IMG/VR virus record: IMGVR_UViG_2791355076_000001
Span: 1 to 64,000 of that record
DNA: 64,000 nt
Reading direction: 5' to 3' (one strand)
From: a virus
Taxonomy: Duplodnaviria; Caudoviricetes
A program made the translations under genes and the position numbers. Shown piece by piece: positions 8,644 through 17,318 of the stretch (positions are counted from its first letter, which is position 1; each line of letters starts with the position of its first letter). A model generated the notes under the pieces. It was not told the origin of the DNA, made no database searches, and saw nothing but the letters and a program-made list of their open reading frames with translations.

Positions 8644-8867
8644 GCGTTAAATAGTTGAATATATAGAACCTCGCTTTGGCGAGGTTTTTTTGTTGCTTAA
8701 ATTTAAATATGATCCCTTTATATTTTAAAACGTACATATTCATTAGTGTGTGGTAAACTTAGGAAAGTAAACATACCTCATTGCTATCAACAGCAAACCT
8801 TGCATTTGCAAGTTTTTATCGAAAATAGATGCGGTATCTAAAGGAATGACTTCCTAAGGAGATGCCT

Positions 8868-8975
8868 ATGAATTGGTCTGCGCTATTACACCGAATCCCC
8901 GCTTTTTTACGGAATGTAATTATCATTGCTTTATTGCTCTTAGTTGCATTTGTGATAGTTCGTTGGTTCAGGTAA
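8868..8975 (+). CDS. 35-aa single-TM small protein
   Basis: AAGGAG SD; MNWSALLHRIPAFLRNVIIIALLLLVAFVIVRWFR. Confidence 0.55.
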   Translation: MNWSALLHRIPAFLRNVIIIALLLLVAFVIVRWFR

Positions 8976-8981
8976 ATTCAT

Positions 8982-9057
8982 TCCGCCATTAGCTTAACTG
9001 GGAGAGTATTTAGTTTTATTTAAACTAAAAGTCGAGGTTCGATACCTTGATGGGGCC
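8982..9057 (+). pseudogene. Degenerate tRNA relic
   Basis: TAGCTTAACTGGGAGAG D-arm, CGAGGTTCGATACCTTG T-arm; imperfect acceptor stem, no CCA, AT-rich anticodon arm. Confidence 0.6.
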
Positions 9058-9142
9058 TAATTAAATATAAAGCTTCTCATCTATTTTTTATTTTAATCTA
9101 TAGAAAACTTGATATTAGGAGCATAAACTCTTAGGAGTTATT

Positions 9143-9550
9143 ATGACAGGACTAAATCAAACAAAAGTAATTAGTCGAGTTTTACAATGGATTAGTAGTG
9201 TTGGCCTGATATTGCTTGCAATTATTTTAATAATTTTTTTAGTTAAAGAAACTATTATCCTTGCTAATTTATTGTTTACAGTTAGTGATCCAGTTTCAAT
9301 TTATTTATTAGTTGATGGACTTATCATTTACTTTCTTTATTTTGAATTTATTGCATTAATTATTAAATATTTTCAGTCGAATTATCACTTTCCATTGCAA
9401 TATTTTATTTATATTGCAATAACTGCGGTAATTAGGTTAATTGTTGTTGAACATAAAAATCCTCAGTTACTTATTGTTTACTCAGGAACGATACTGCTAC
9501 TTGTTATTGCATTATATATTTCTAGTGCTGAAAGATTGAAACCTAATTAA
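9143..9550 (+). CDS. psiE: Phosphate-starvation-inducible membrane protein PsiE
   Basis: YFLYFEFIALIIKYF...HFPLQYFIYIAITAVIRLIVV. Confidence 0.88.
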   Translation: MTGLNQTKVISRVLQWISSVGLILLAIILIIFLVKETIILANLLFTVSDPVSIYLLVDGLIIYFLYFEFIALIIKYFQSNYHFPLQYFIYIAITAVIRLIVVEHKNPQLLIVYSGTILLLVIALYISSAERLKPN

Positions 9551-9623
9551 AATTATAAAAGTAGTAAAAAAAGCATAATCTTACTAATATGAATACAGTT
9601 ATGATTTACTATAATCAGATTAT

Positions 9624-10646
9624 ATGAAAGTTTCATATGAGGTAGTAAGAATGTTTAACTCTGTTACAGATATTCACAAAAATAATTTTGTTGGTAAAAA
9701 AATTATTGTAGGGATTAGCACTTGTTTATTAGGGAATAATGTTAGGTTTGATGGTGGTCATAAGCGCTTTCATCTTGCCGTAGATGAACTATCTGATTAT
9801 TTTGAATATCAATCGGCTTGTCCTGAGATGGCTATTGGTTTACCTACACCAAGACCCGCACTAAGATTAGTTAAATCAAATTCAGGAGAAATTGCATTAA
9901 AATTTAGTAACGGGAGTGAAGGTGATTTAACTGAAAAGATGAATCGGTATTCTGTTGAGTATTTAGAGAAATTTAATCAGTTTAGTGGGTATATTGTTTG
10001 TGCAAAATCACCAAGTTGTGGATTAGAGCGTGTTCGTGTATATGATCCTATTGGTAATGGTAATCGGAAAGCAGGGACGGGTATTTTTACAGAAAATCTG
10101 AAAAAAATGATGCCTTGGTTACCAATAGAGGAAGATGGACGATTGAATGATCCTCATATAAGAGAAAATTTTGTTATACGTGTATTTGCACTGGATGAGT
10201 TGAATGAATTGAGAATGAACGCATTTACTCGTCAGTCTTTAATCGATTTCCATACAAGATATAAACTGCTCTTATTGGCTCATTCACAACCTCTTTATAG
10301 AGAGTTAGGTCGCTTTGTTGCTAATAATAAAGAATGGCATTCATTGGAAGCTTTTTTTGATGAATATCGAAATAGATTTATGACATTATTACAGCACCAA
10401 GCAACACGACGTAATCATACCAATGTTCTTATGCATATACAGGGGTATTTTAAGCGCTATTTAACACCAAATCAGCGACAAGCATTAAGTCAATTGATTT
10501 TAGAATACCGTCAAGGAATACAGCCTTTATTAGCACCTTTAACATTAATTAATCATTATCTATCCGAGTATCCTGATAATTATTTGAGCAAACAGAGATA
10601 TTTTCATCCTTATCCTCAATCCTTAAGATTACGTTATGGATTATAA
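9624..10646 (+). CDS. ybgA: YbgA-like DUF523 (TudS-like)/DUF1722 protein
   Basis: GISTCLLGNNVRFDGGHK, CPEMAIGLPTPR, KSPSCG, FHTRYKLLLLAHS, HTNVLMHIQGYFK. Confidence 0.88.
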   Translation: MKVSYEVVRMFNSVTDIHKNNFVGKKIIVGISTCLLGNNVRFDGGHKRFHLAVDELSDYFEYQSACPEMAIGLPTPRPALRLVKSNSGEIALKFSNGSEGDLTEKMNRYSVEYLEKFNQFSGYIVCAKSPSCGLERVRVYDPIGNGNRKAGTGIFTENLKKMMPWLPIEEDGRLNDPHIRENFVIRVFALDELNELRMNAFTRQSLIDFHTRYKLLLLAHSQPLYRELGRFVANNKEWHSLEAFFDEYRNRFMTLLQHQATRRNHTNVLMHIQGYFKRYLTPNQRQALSQLILEYRQGIQPLLAPLTLINHYLSEYPDNYLSKQRYFHPYPQSLRLRYGL

Positions 10647-10670
10647 TAAACTTATTGATAGGAGAAAAAT

Positions 10671-11180
10671 ATGATACGTTCTTTTGTCACTTTTTTAAGT
10701 TCATTTATTCTTACTGGATGCAATGTTATTCCTCCGAGTGACATTAAGCCTGTTAATAATTTTGATCTATCACGTTATCTTGGGCAGTGGTATGAGGTAG
10801 CTAGAATAGATAATCGTTTTGAAAAAGGCTTAACGAAAGTTACCGCAAATTATTCATTACGAGATGATGGTGGTGTTAAGGTTATTAATCGAGGTTGGAG
10901 TCAAAATAAACATCGCTGGAAAGAAAGTATCGGTAAGGCTTATTTTGTTGATTCATCTAATAAAGGTGCATTAAAAGTATCATTTTTTGGTCCATTCTAT
11001 GGTGGATATAATATCATCAAATTGGATAAGAATTATCAATATTCTTTGGTTGTAGGGCCAGATAAAGATTATTTATGGATATTATCACGTACACCGACCA
11101 TGCCATCAAATTTGTTGAATGAATATATTAATTTTGCAACATCATATGGATTTGATAGTAACAGGATCATAATATTTTAA
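10671..11180 (+). CDS. blc: Outer-membrane lipocalin lipoprotein Blc
   Basis: Lipobox LTGC; FDLSRYLGQWYEVAR, LKVSFFGPFYGGY, YLWILSRTP. Confidence 0.92.
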   Translation: MIRSFVTFLSSFILTGCNVIPPSDIKPVNNFDLSRYLGQWYEVARIDNRFEKGLTKVTANYSLRDDGGVKVINRGWSQNKHRWKESIGKAYFVDSSNKGALKVSFFGPFYGGYNIIKLDKNYQYSLVVGPDKDYLWILSRTPTMPSNLLNEYINFATSYGFDSNRIIIF

Positions 11181-11299
11181 CAAAAGGTATATAGTTGAAT
11201 TTAAATACTATCTAATTTGATGGTATTTAATTTAATTATGATTTGAAAATGCCTATTCATATTATCCATTATAATAACACTGGTAATGATTATTTACAC

Positions 11300-11527
11300 C
11301 TAAGAGCATGGGGATTTATGAGTTAGTGTTATCCAGGCTAGTCGTTTTGTTTTTATTGGTGAATAAAATGTGCACTTTTCTGATTTTTTATTTATATCGT
11401 TCTCGATTTGAGTTTTTTGTTTAACTAACTGATTTTTATCATTATTAGTTATTATAATGAAAGTAATTATAAAAAATAAAGAAATAAGAAATAAAATAAT
11501 ATATCGCACTTGATTACTCCGTTTCAT
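11300..11527 (-). CDS. Hypothetical AT-rich membrane-anchored protein
   Basis: N-terminal hydrophobic stretch; no recognisable family. Confidence 0.35.
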   Translation of the reverse strand: MKRSNQVRYIILFLISLFFIITFIIITNNDKNQLVKQKTQIENDINKKSEKCTFYSPIKTKRLAWITLTHKSPCS

Positions 11528-11671
11528 AAATATTATTTATTATTTTATGAATAAATTTATAAATATGTACAGTAATAAATAAGAATTACTATATTTTTAT
11601 AAATCATCTCGAAAATCTCTTAATAATTTCTCTTTATATTAATCATTAATGGGCACTCCGTAGGGGTGTAT

Positions 11672-11941
11672 ATGTGTATGGAAAAATTAATCAATGTTAC
11701 TTATGGAACAGCGGGCTTAACGGCATTTTTTGCCAGCCTCTCATTATATGAATGGGGATTTGTTATCGGGATGGCGTTTAGCATGCTTCTTGGTTTAGCT
11801 ACTTATTTTATGACTCGTCGAGAGCAACGAAAACGCACTCAATTATTTGAAGAGCTTGTTCGTCATGTTGACCCACAAAACCCAACCGAAACGTTAAAAA
11901 GGCTTGCTGAATTAATGGTGAAAGCGCCAAAGGATATTTAA
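11672..11941 (+). CDS. Holin with dual-start motif (M-C-M)
   Basis: MEKL..VTYGTAG, two TM segments, basic C-terminal part, upstream of endolysin. Confidence 0.85.
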   Translation: MCMEKLINVTYGTAGLTAFFASLSLYEWGFVIGMAFSMLLGLATYFMTRREQRKRTQLFEELVRHVDPQNPTETLKRLAELMVKAPKDI

Positions 11942-12411
11942 TGTCTCTCAAACAGAAAATAGCGGCGCTAACAACTGCGGGAGCAACAGCAATCGCGTTA
12001 GTTGTCATTGCCCATTTTGAAGGTGTGCGTTATGAACCTTATCGTGATGTGGCGGGTGTTCTAACAGTTTGTTATGGGCATACAGGCAAAGACATTATTC
12101 AGGGTAAGAGATACACACAACAAGAATGTGATGCGTTATTACAAAACGATTTTATTAAGACACAACAGCAAATCGATGCATTAATCAAAGTACCACTCGA
12201 TGACTACACCAAAGCCGCTTTATATTCCTTTGCTTTTAATGTGGGAACAACCGCATTTGCTCGCTCAACATTACTCAAGAAATTAAATGCGGGTGATAGA
12301 GCGGGTGCCTGTGAAGAAATGAAACGTTGGGTTTATGCAGGAGGAAAGGTTTGGCGAGGGCTTGTCAGTCGTCGAGAGGCGGAGTCAGCACTATGTCATG
12401 GAAACCTTTAA
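11941..12411 (+). CDS. SAR endolysin (GH24 lysozyme)
   Basis: Ala/Gly-rich N-terminal SAR; EGVRYEPYRDVAGVLTVCYGHT catalytic E-D-T. Confidence 0.93.
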   Translation: MSLKQKIAALTTAGATAIALVVIAHFEGVRYEPYRDVAGVLTVCYGHTGKDIIQGKRYTQQECDALLQNDFIKTQQQIDALIKVPLDDYTKAALYSFAFNVGTTAFARSTLLKKLNAGDRAGACEEMKRWVYAGGKVWRGLVSRREAESALCHGNL

Positions 12412-12551
12412 TCATCATTATCAGCTTTATCCTTGCATTACTCATTACAGTCGCTGGTGGCATTTATCTCTTGATTGATAACTCATGTACTAAAGACCAA
12501 GTGAGTTTAGAAAAACGCTGTCAGATTGCACTCTCATATCATCGGTACTAA
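12393..12551 (+). CDS. 52-aa single-TM protein between endolysin and Rz
   Basis: GGAG SD; MSWKPLIII...; conserved at 52336..52494. Confidence 0.7.
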   Translation: MSWKPLIIIISFILALLITVAGGIYLLIDNSCTKDQVSLEKRCQIALSYHRY

Positions 12552-12553
12552 TC

Positions 12554-13015
12554 ATGAAATACGGGAAACTCTATGCCATCATTGCGTTGGTAGGCATTAT
12601 TGTGGGTAGTTATTGGGTGATTAACTGGCAAGCTAATAGGATTAATTCACTGACAGATATCAACAAAAAACTGGCCGTGGCTCTCGAAGAACAGAAGTCT
12701 ATTAATACTGACTATCAAGCACGCATAATGCGATTAAATCAGTTGGATATTCAATATACGCAGGAGCTAGCGAATGCTAAGAATGAAATTAGTCGCTTGC
12801 GTGATATTAGCGAGCGTCATCCTGAGCGGGTGTACATCAAAGCCGAGTGTCCCAAAGTCAAAACCACTCCCGCCACCAGCTTGGCTTATGCAACCACCGC
12901 CCGACCTACTGACACCGCTATCCGAAATTATTGGTTACTCCGAGAACGAATTGCAGAGTCAGAGCTGATGATTAAAGGGTTGCAGGATTACATTAGAGTG
13001 GAGTGTGTGAACTAA
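12554..13015 (+). CDS. Rz: Rz i-spanin
   Basis: N-terminal TM, coiled coil, LQDYIR.EC C-terminus. Confidence 0.9.
   Translation: MKYGKLYAIIALVGIIVGSYWVINWQANRINSLTDINKKLAVALEEQKSINTDYQARIMRLNQLDIQYTQELANAKNEISRLRDISERHPERVYIKAECPKVKTTPATSLAYATTARPTDTAIRNYWLLRERIAESELMIKGLQDYIRVECVN
12783..12968 (+). CDS. Rz1: Rz1 o-spanin lipoprotein embedded in Rz
   Basis: Lipobox LSGC, Pro-rich PPPAWLMQPPP. Confidence 0.88.
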   Translation: MKLVACVILASVILSGCTSKPSVPKSKPLPPPAWLMQPPPDLLTPLSEIIGYSENELQSQS

Positions 13016-13526
13016 AAAAAGCCCAGCATGGGTGCATGGGCAAACTAACTAAACACCAATCAGTAAGAGTATAGCGAGGTTGATTTTAGTTAGTATAGCC
13101 TAAGTAAGTATATATACCAGATTGATAATTCTGATTAACTTATTTCTTACCTAAATAAAAACGCAAGATAAAAATAACCCTGTGAGTTTGGGCTCCCACA
13201 GGGCTTTCACTAGTATGAGTGAAAACAATAGATTACCAATATCGACTAAACCAATCTGTTAATAATCAACGCTATTTTTTAGAAAATAATCCTCTTGTAA
13301 TGATGTTTTAATGCGTTGCGTTGTCGCTGTTCTCATACATTAACGATGACATGTTCTCCTCACATTGAGTGTGTAAGAGAAATCAAAAACAACGAATACC
13401 ACCGTTTTGTTATTTTTTGGTCATTATCAGCAACGTCAGCTGTAGGTAGAAGAAAAGGCGTGACGATGGAGAGACATCAATATATTTAATTCTACAAACG
13501 TCATTTATTTAGTGGTGTATATGGAT

Positions 13527-13556
13527 AGCCATCAGTTAATCGCTGGTGGCTTTTTT
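13527..13556 (+). terminator. Rho-independent terminator
   Basis: agccatcag-ttaatcg-ctggtggctttttt. Confidence 0.75.
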
Positions 13557-13711
13557 ATACGCATTTCATCGCTCATTCACAGAGCAATTCAAAAACGTCG
13601 AATCCGATCACTTTGATATGAGCCTTCGAGGAAGTCAGTTATAGCTGGCGAGCTTCGACGGGCTGATTTTCTATGTGAACGAGGGTTCATTTCAAATGAA
13701 GGTAATACGTT

Positions 13712-14224
13712 ATGCAATATCCAAGAGTAAGTATTAATGGTGTGTCTGTCCGTGTTGATAGTGAAGGTAGATATAATTTAAATGATCTTCATGCGGCCGC
13801 TGTTGCGGATGGTAAAGCAACGGAATCACAAAGGCCTGGTGCATTTTTGAAAAGTCGTCAAATAAGGCGATTTGTTCAAGCTTTAAGCGATGCAACAAAA
13901 AGTGCATCGGTTAAAGTGATTAAAGGTGGACTCAATCAGGGAACTTGGGCTTTAGAGTTAGTCGTTATTAGATATGCAGCTTGGTTAAAGCCAGAATTTG
14001 AAATCCTTGTCTACAACACGTTTAAAGAGGCTACGAGGAAGGGATTAGATGTTATGTCTAAGTTGAACAAGCTAGATCATGTCATTAATACCGAAACTAA
14101 AAATATAAGTAACTGTGCAAGGACGATGGCTAACTGGGGAGTTGGTGGTAGAAAGCAGTTACTACTAACAGCAAGGGAACGAATTCTTAAAGAAGCTCAA
14201 ATCTATATTCCTGGTATTGAATAG
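13712..14224 (+). CDS. KilA-N domain protein
   Basis: GRYNLNDLHAAA...NQGTWALELVVIRYAAWLKPEFE. Confidence 0.82.
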   Translation: MQYPRVSINGVSVRVDSEGRYNLNDLHAAAVADGKATESQRPGAFLKSRQIRRFVQALSDATKSASVKVIKGGLNQGTWALELVVIRYAAWLKPEFEILVYNTFKEATRKGLDVMSKLNKLDHVINTETKNISNCARTMANWGVGGRKQLLLTARERILKEAQIYIPGIE

Positions 14225-14292
14225 CGATCCTTAAAATTGAGGATGTTGATTTAATTAATATCTAACGATGAATAGGCCCTAATGGCTTTTTA

Positions 14293-14712
14293 TTGGAGTT
14301 TATTATGTCAAACAAACAGATTAATTATGAGGCAATAGGTCATTGTGTTTACTTGCAAAAAGAAATATCGCAGCTAATTGAAGAGAGAAGCAATCTATAT
14401 AAAGAATTCATAGCAATTTGTCATTCAGGGCAATTTCCTTATACAGATCCAAGAAACATAAAAATCATCGATTTAAATAGTATTGATAAGCCAGCTAAAT
14501 TGCTAAAAAAAATACATGAGATAAATCAAACTATCATCACACTAGCAACCACTCATAATCAATGGGCAGATAAGGCTGATTATGAACATTATGTTATTAG
14601 TAGTGATAATTCTTTAGGTTTTAGTACGTCTAGTGACGCTATATTCAAAGGAATTATTACCTGCAATAAGCAATCATCAATAGAAGCTGATGTTGTCAGA
14701 AATAAACCATGA
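14293..14712 (+). CDS. Hypothetical phage protein
   Basis: AT-rich ORF with GGAG SD, overlaps HNH start. Confidence 0.6.
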   Translation: MEFIMSNKQINYEAIGHCVYLQKEISQLIEERSNLYKEFIAICHSGQFPYTDPRNIKIIDLNSIDKPAKLLKKIHEINQTIITLATTHNQWADKADYEHYVISSDNSLGFSTSSDAIFKGIITCNKQSSIEADVVRNKP

Positions 14713-15047
14713 AAAAACGCAATGTCTATGGTGGTCGCTGGGCAAAGGTACGATTAGCGTTTCTTAATGAACATCCACTCTGTGTTATGTGCCAAGAGCA
14801 AGGACGTATTACTGCTGCCACAGTAGTTGACCACATTACTCCGCATCGTCTTAAAGAAGCACTTAAATCAGGCAATAAAGAACGTATCGCAAAAGCCCAA
14901 GCCTTATTCTGGGACATAAAGAACTTCCAAAGCTTATGCGAACTGCATCATAACTCAACCAAACAACGTATCGAAAAGAGTGGCAAAGTCATTGGCTGTA
15001 ATGCGGATGGCATTCCACTCGATCCCAATTCTCATTGGCATCAATAA
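14709..15047 (+). CDS. HNH endonuclease (HK97 gp74-like terminase cofactor)
   Basis: PLCVMC...VVDHITPH...FQSLCELHHN upstream of terminase. Confidence 0.88.
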   Translation: MKKRNVYGGRWAKVRLAFLNEHPLCVMCQEQGRITAATVVDHITPHRLKEALKSGNKERIAKAQALFWDIKNFQSLCELHHNSTKQRIEKSGKVIGCNADGIPLDPNSHWHQ

Positions 15048-15059
15048 CACCATGAATAC

Positions 15060-15150
15060 AGGGTGGGGCGGGGTAAAAGTTCAAACACTTTCGCCCTGAT
15101 TACCTAGCGCCCTCATTTGTGTGCACAACCGCGAAATGAAAAGTTTTTTT
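15060..15150. other. Putative cos region of prophage 1
   Basis: G-rich GGGTGGGGCGGG...CGCCCTCATT...CGCGAAATGAAAAGTTTT between HNH and terS; same layout at 54183..54276. Confidence 0.5.
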
Positions 15151-15163
15151 CTGGGAGGTTCCG

Positions 15164-15631
15164 ATGGCAGGAAGACGCCCGAAACCGACCCACTTGAAGG
15201 TGGTCACCGGTAATCCGGGAAAACGAAAACTCAACGATAAAGAACCCCAGCCTAAACGTGAAATTCCAAGCCCACCCGAACATTTAACGGATTGGGGGAA
15301 AATGGCGTGGGCAAAATTAACCTTACTACTCGATGGAATGGGCGTTTTAACCGTGGCTGACACGCTGGCGTTAGAACGACTGTGTGATATCTACGCTGAT
15401 ATTCTTCAATTGCGAGACACCATTGCCATCGAAGGTCGGACATACACCACAAAAACGCAATCAGGGGATTTTTTAATTAAAGCGAATCCTGCCGTTGCTA
15501 TGTTAGCTGATGCAGATCGCCGTTTTAAAAGTTATTTAGTCGAGTTTGGTTTAACCCCCGCTGCTCGTTCGAAGGTGAAGATGGATGGTGGAGAAGAAGA
15601 GGAAGATCCGCTCAACCAATATTTCGGTTGA
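15164..15631 (+). CDS. Terminase small subunit (P27 family)
   Basis: GRRPKPTHLKVVTGNPGKR...EFGLTPAARSK. Confidence 0.92.
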   Translation: MAGRRPKPTHLKVVTGNPGKRKLNDKEPQPKREIPSPPEHLTDWGKMAWAKLTLLLDGMGVLTVADTLALERLCDIYADILQLRDTIAIEGRTYTTKTQSGDFLIKANPAVAMLADADRRFKSYLVEFGLTPAARSKVKMDGGEEEEDPLNQYFG

Positions 15632-17318
15632 TCCCGCAACACAATATGCGCAATACGTGCATCAAGGCAAAATTTTAGCGGGGCCTGATATTCGCCATGC
15701 ATGTGCACGTCATCTCAAAGACTTAAACGAAGCCGAGCAACGAGGATTAGTCTGGGATGTCGAGGCCGTCAAAAGGGTGATCGACTTTTTTGCGAAAGTC
15801 TTAAAGCTCAATGGCGGGGAACATGAAGGCAAACCGTTTATTTTATTGCCTTGGCAATGCTTTGTGATTGGCTCCATTTTTGGCTGGAAAATGACTGATG
15901 GTACACGCCGGTTTCGCATGGTGTATGTTGAATCAGGCAAAGGTTCAGGAAAATCCCCGATGGCAGGTGGCGTTGGGTTGTATTGTTTAGTCGCCGACAG
16001 TGAACCGCGTGCCGAAGTGTATGCGGCAGCCACGAAAAAAGACCAAGCCATGATTTTGTTTCGTGATGCGGTGGCGATGGTTGATCAATCTCCCGCATTA
16101 AGTCAGCGGATCACCAAATCAGGCGGAACAGGTAAAGAGTGGAACTTGGCTTATTTGAAAACAAGTTCATTCTTTCGCCCGATTAGCTCAGATGATGGGC
16201 AATCAGGGCCTCGTCCCCATTGTGCGTTGATTGATGAAATTCATGAGCACAAAAATAATACCGCCGTCGAGATGATGCGAGCGGGCACAAAAGGCCGGCG
16301 ACAAGCCTTGATATTTATGATCACCAATAGTGGGCATGATAAAACCAGCGTGTGTTATGACTATCATGAATACGGACGAAAAGTCGCCGAAGGTACTATC
16401 GAAGACGACAGTTTTTTTTCCTATATTTGCTCGCTGGATGAAGGCGATGATCCCTTTAAGGATGAATCTTGCTGGGGGAAAGCCAATCCGTCACTGGGTT
16501 ACACCTTTTCTGATCGCTATTTACGCGAGCAAGTGACACAAGCCCGAGGTATGCCCGCAAAAGAAAGCATTGTGCGTCGGCTTAATTTTTGTCAGTGGGT
16601 GGATGCCGATAATCCATGGATTAACAGTGAAACATGGATGCAGTGTGAAAATACATTCACATTCGATGATCTTCAAGGTGAAGAGTGTTATGGCGGATTG
16701 GATTTATCAGGAACCAAAGATTTAACCGCATTAGCCTTGTATTTTCCTCGTCTCAAACGTCTTTATGTTGAATTTTGGACACCCAAAGACACCTTATTGG
16801 ATAGAGCGAAAACCGACCGAGTGCCTTACGACTTATGGGTAAGGCAAGGTTTTATGCATACCACTCCAGGGAATGCGGTGAGGTATGAATTTGTGGCGGA
16901 ACGCATTGCTGAGATGGCGATGCACGTCAACATGAGAGCCATTGCCTTTGATCCTTATCGCATTAAATACCTTGTACCCAAATTGGATGAGGTGGGGGTG
17001 ACGGTTCCCTTAATCCAACATGGACAAGGATATTACAAAGCTAAAGATTCAGGGCTATGGATGCCACACTCTATCGAATTGTTTGAACAGCTCATTGATG
17101 ACAAGAAGATTGAGATCCACACCAATCCTTGTTTGAGATGGAATGCCGCATCCGCTGTGCTTGAGGCTGACCAAAAAGATAACCGCGTCTTTGCCAAGAA
17201 AAAAAGTACCGGTCGAATTGATGGTGTGGTGGCATCAGCAATGGCGATTGGTGCTGCGGAAGGTGAGGTTGATGATGGCAACCTTGATGATTTTTTCTCT
17301 AACCCATTGAGTATGTGA
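15585..17318 (+). CDS. Terminase large subunit
   Basis: LLPWQ, GKGSGKS Walker A, LIDEIH Walker B, GGLDLS, RIDGVVA. Confidence 0.95.
   Translation: MVEKKRKIRSTNISVDPATQYAQYVHQGKILAGPDIRHACARHLKDLNEAEQRGLVWDVEAVKRVIDFFAKVLKLNGGEHEGKPFILLPWQCFVIGSIFGWKMTDGTRRFRMVYVESGKGSGKSPMAGGVGLYCLVADSEPRAEVYAAATKKDQAMILFRDAVAMVDQSPALSQRITKSGGTGKEWNLAYLKTSSFFRPISSDDGQSGPRPHCALIDEIHEHKNNTAVEMMRAGTKGRRQALIFMITNSGHDKTSVCYDYHEYGRKVAEGTIEDDSFFSYICSLDEGDDPFKDESCWGKANPSLGYTFSDRYLREQVTQARGMPAKESIVRRLNFCQWVDADNPWINSETWMQCENTFTFDDLQGEECYGGLDLSGTKDLTALALYFPRLKRLYVEFWTPKDTLLDRAKTDRVPYDLWVRQGFMHTTPGNAVRYEFVAERIAEMAMHVNMRAIAFDPYRIKYLVPKLDEVGVTVPLIQHGQGYYKAKDSGLWMPHSIELFEQLIDDKKIEIHTNPCLRWNAASAVLEADQKDNRVFAKKKSTGRIDGVVASAMAIGAAEGEVDDGNLDDFFSNPLSM

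Larger units (their letters stand above)
8063..8691 (+). repeat. Direct repeat copy 2 of csp module
   Basis: Near-identical to 3273..3898. Confidence 0.92.

Noticed and set aside
3273-8691. csp duplication or duplicated lysis genes as an assembly artefact
   Set aside because: Copies differ by many substitutions, including synonymous ones, so they are diverged paralogues.
8982-9057. Functional tRNA
   Set aside because: Acceptor stem mismatched, no CCA, anticodon arm non-canonical.
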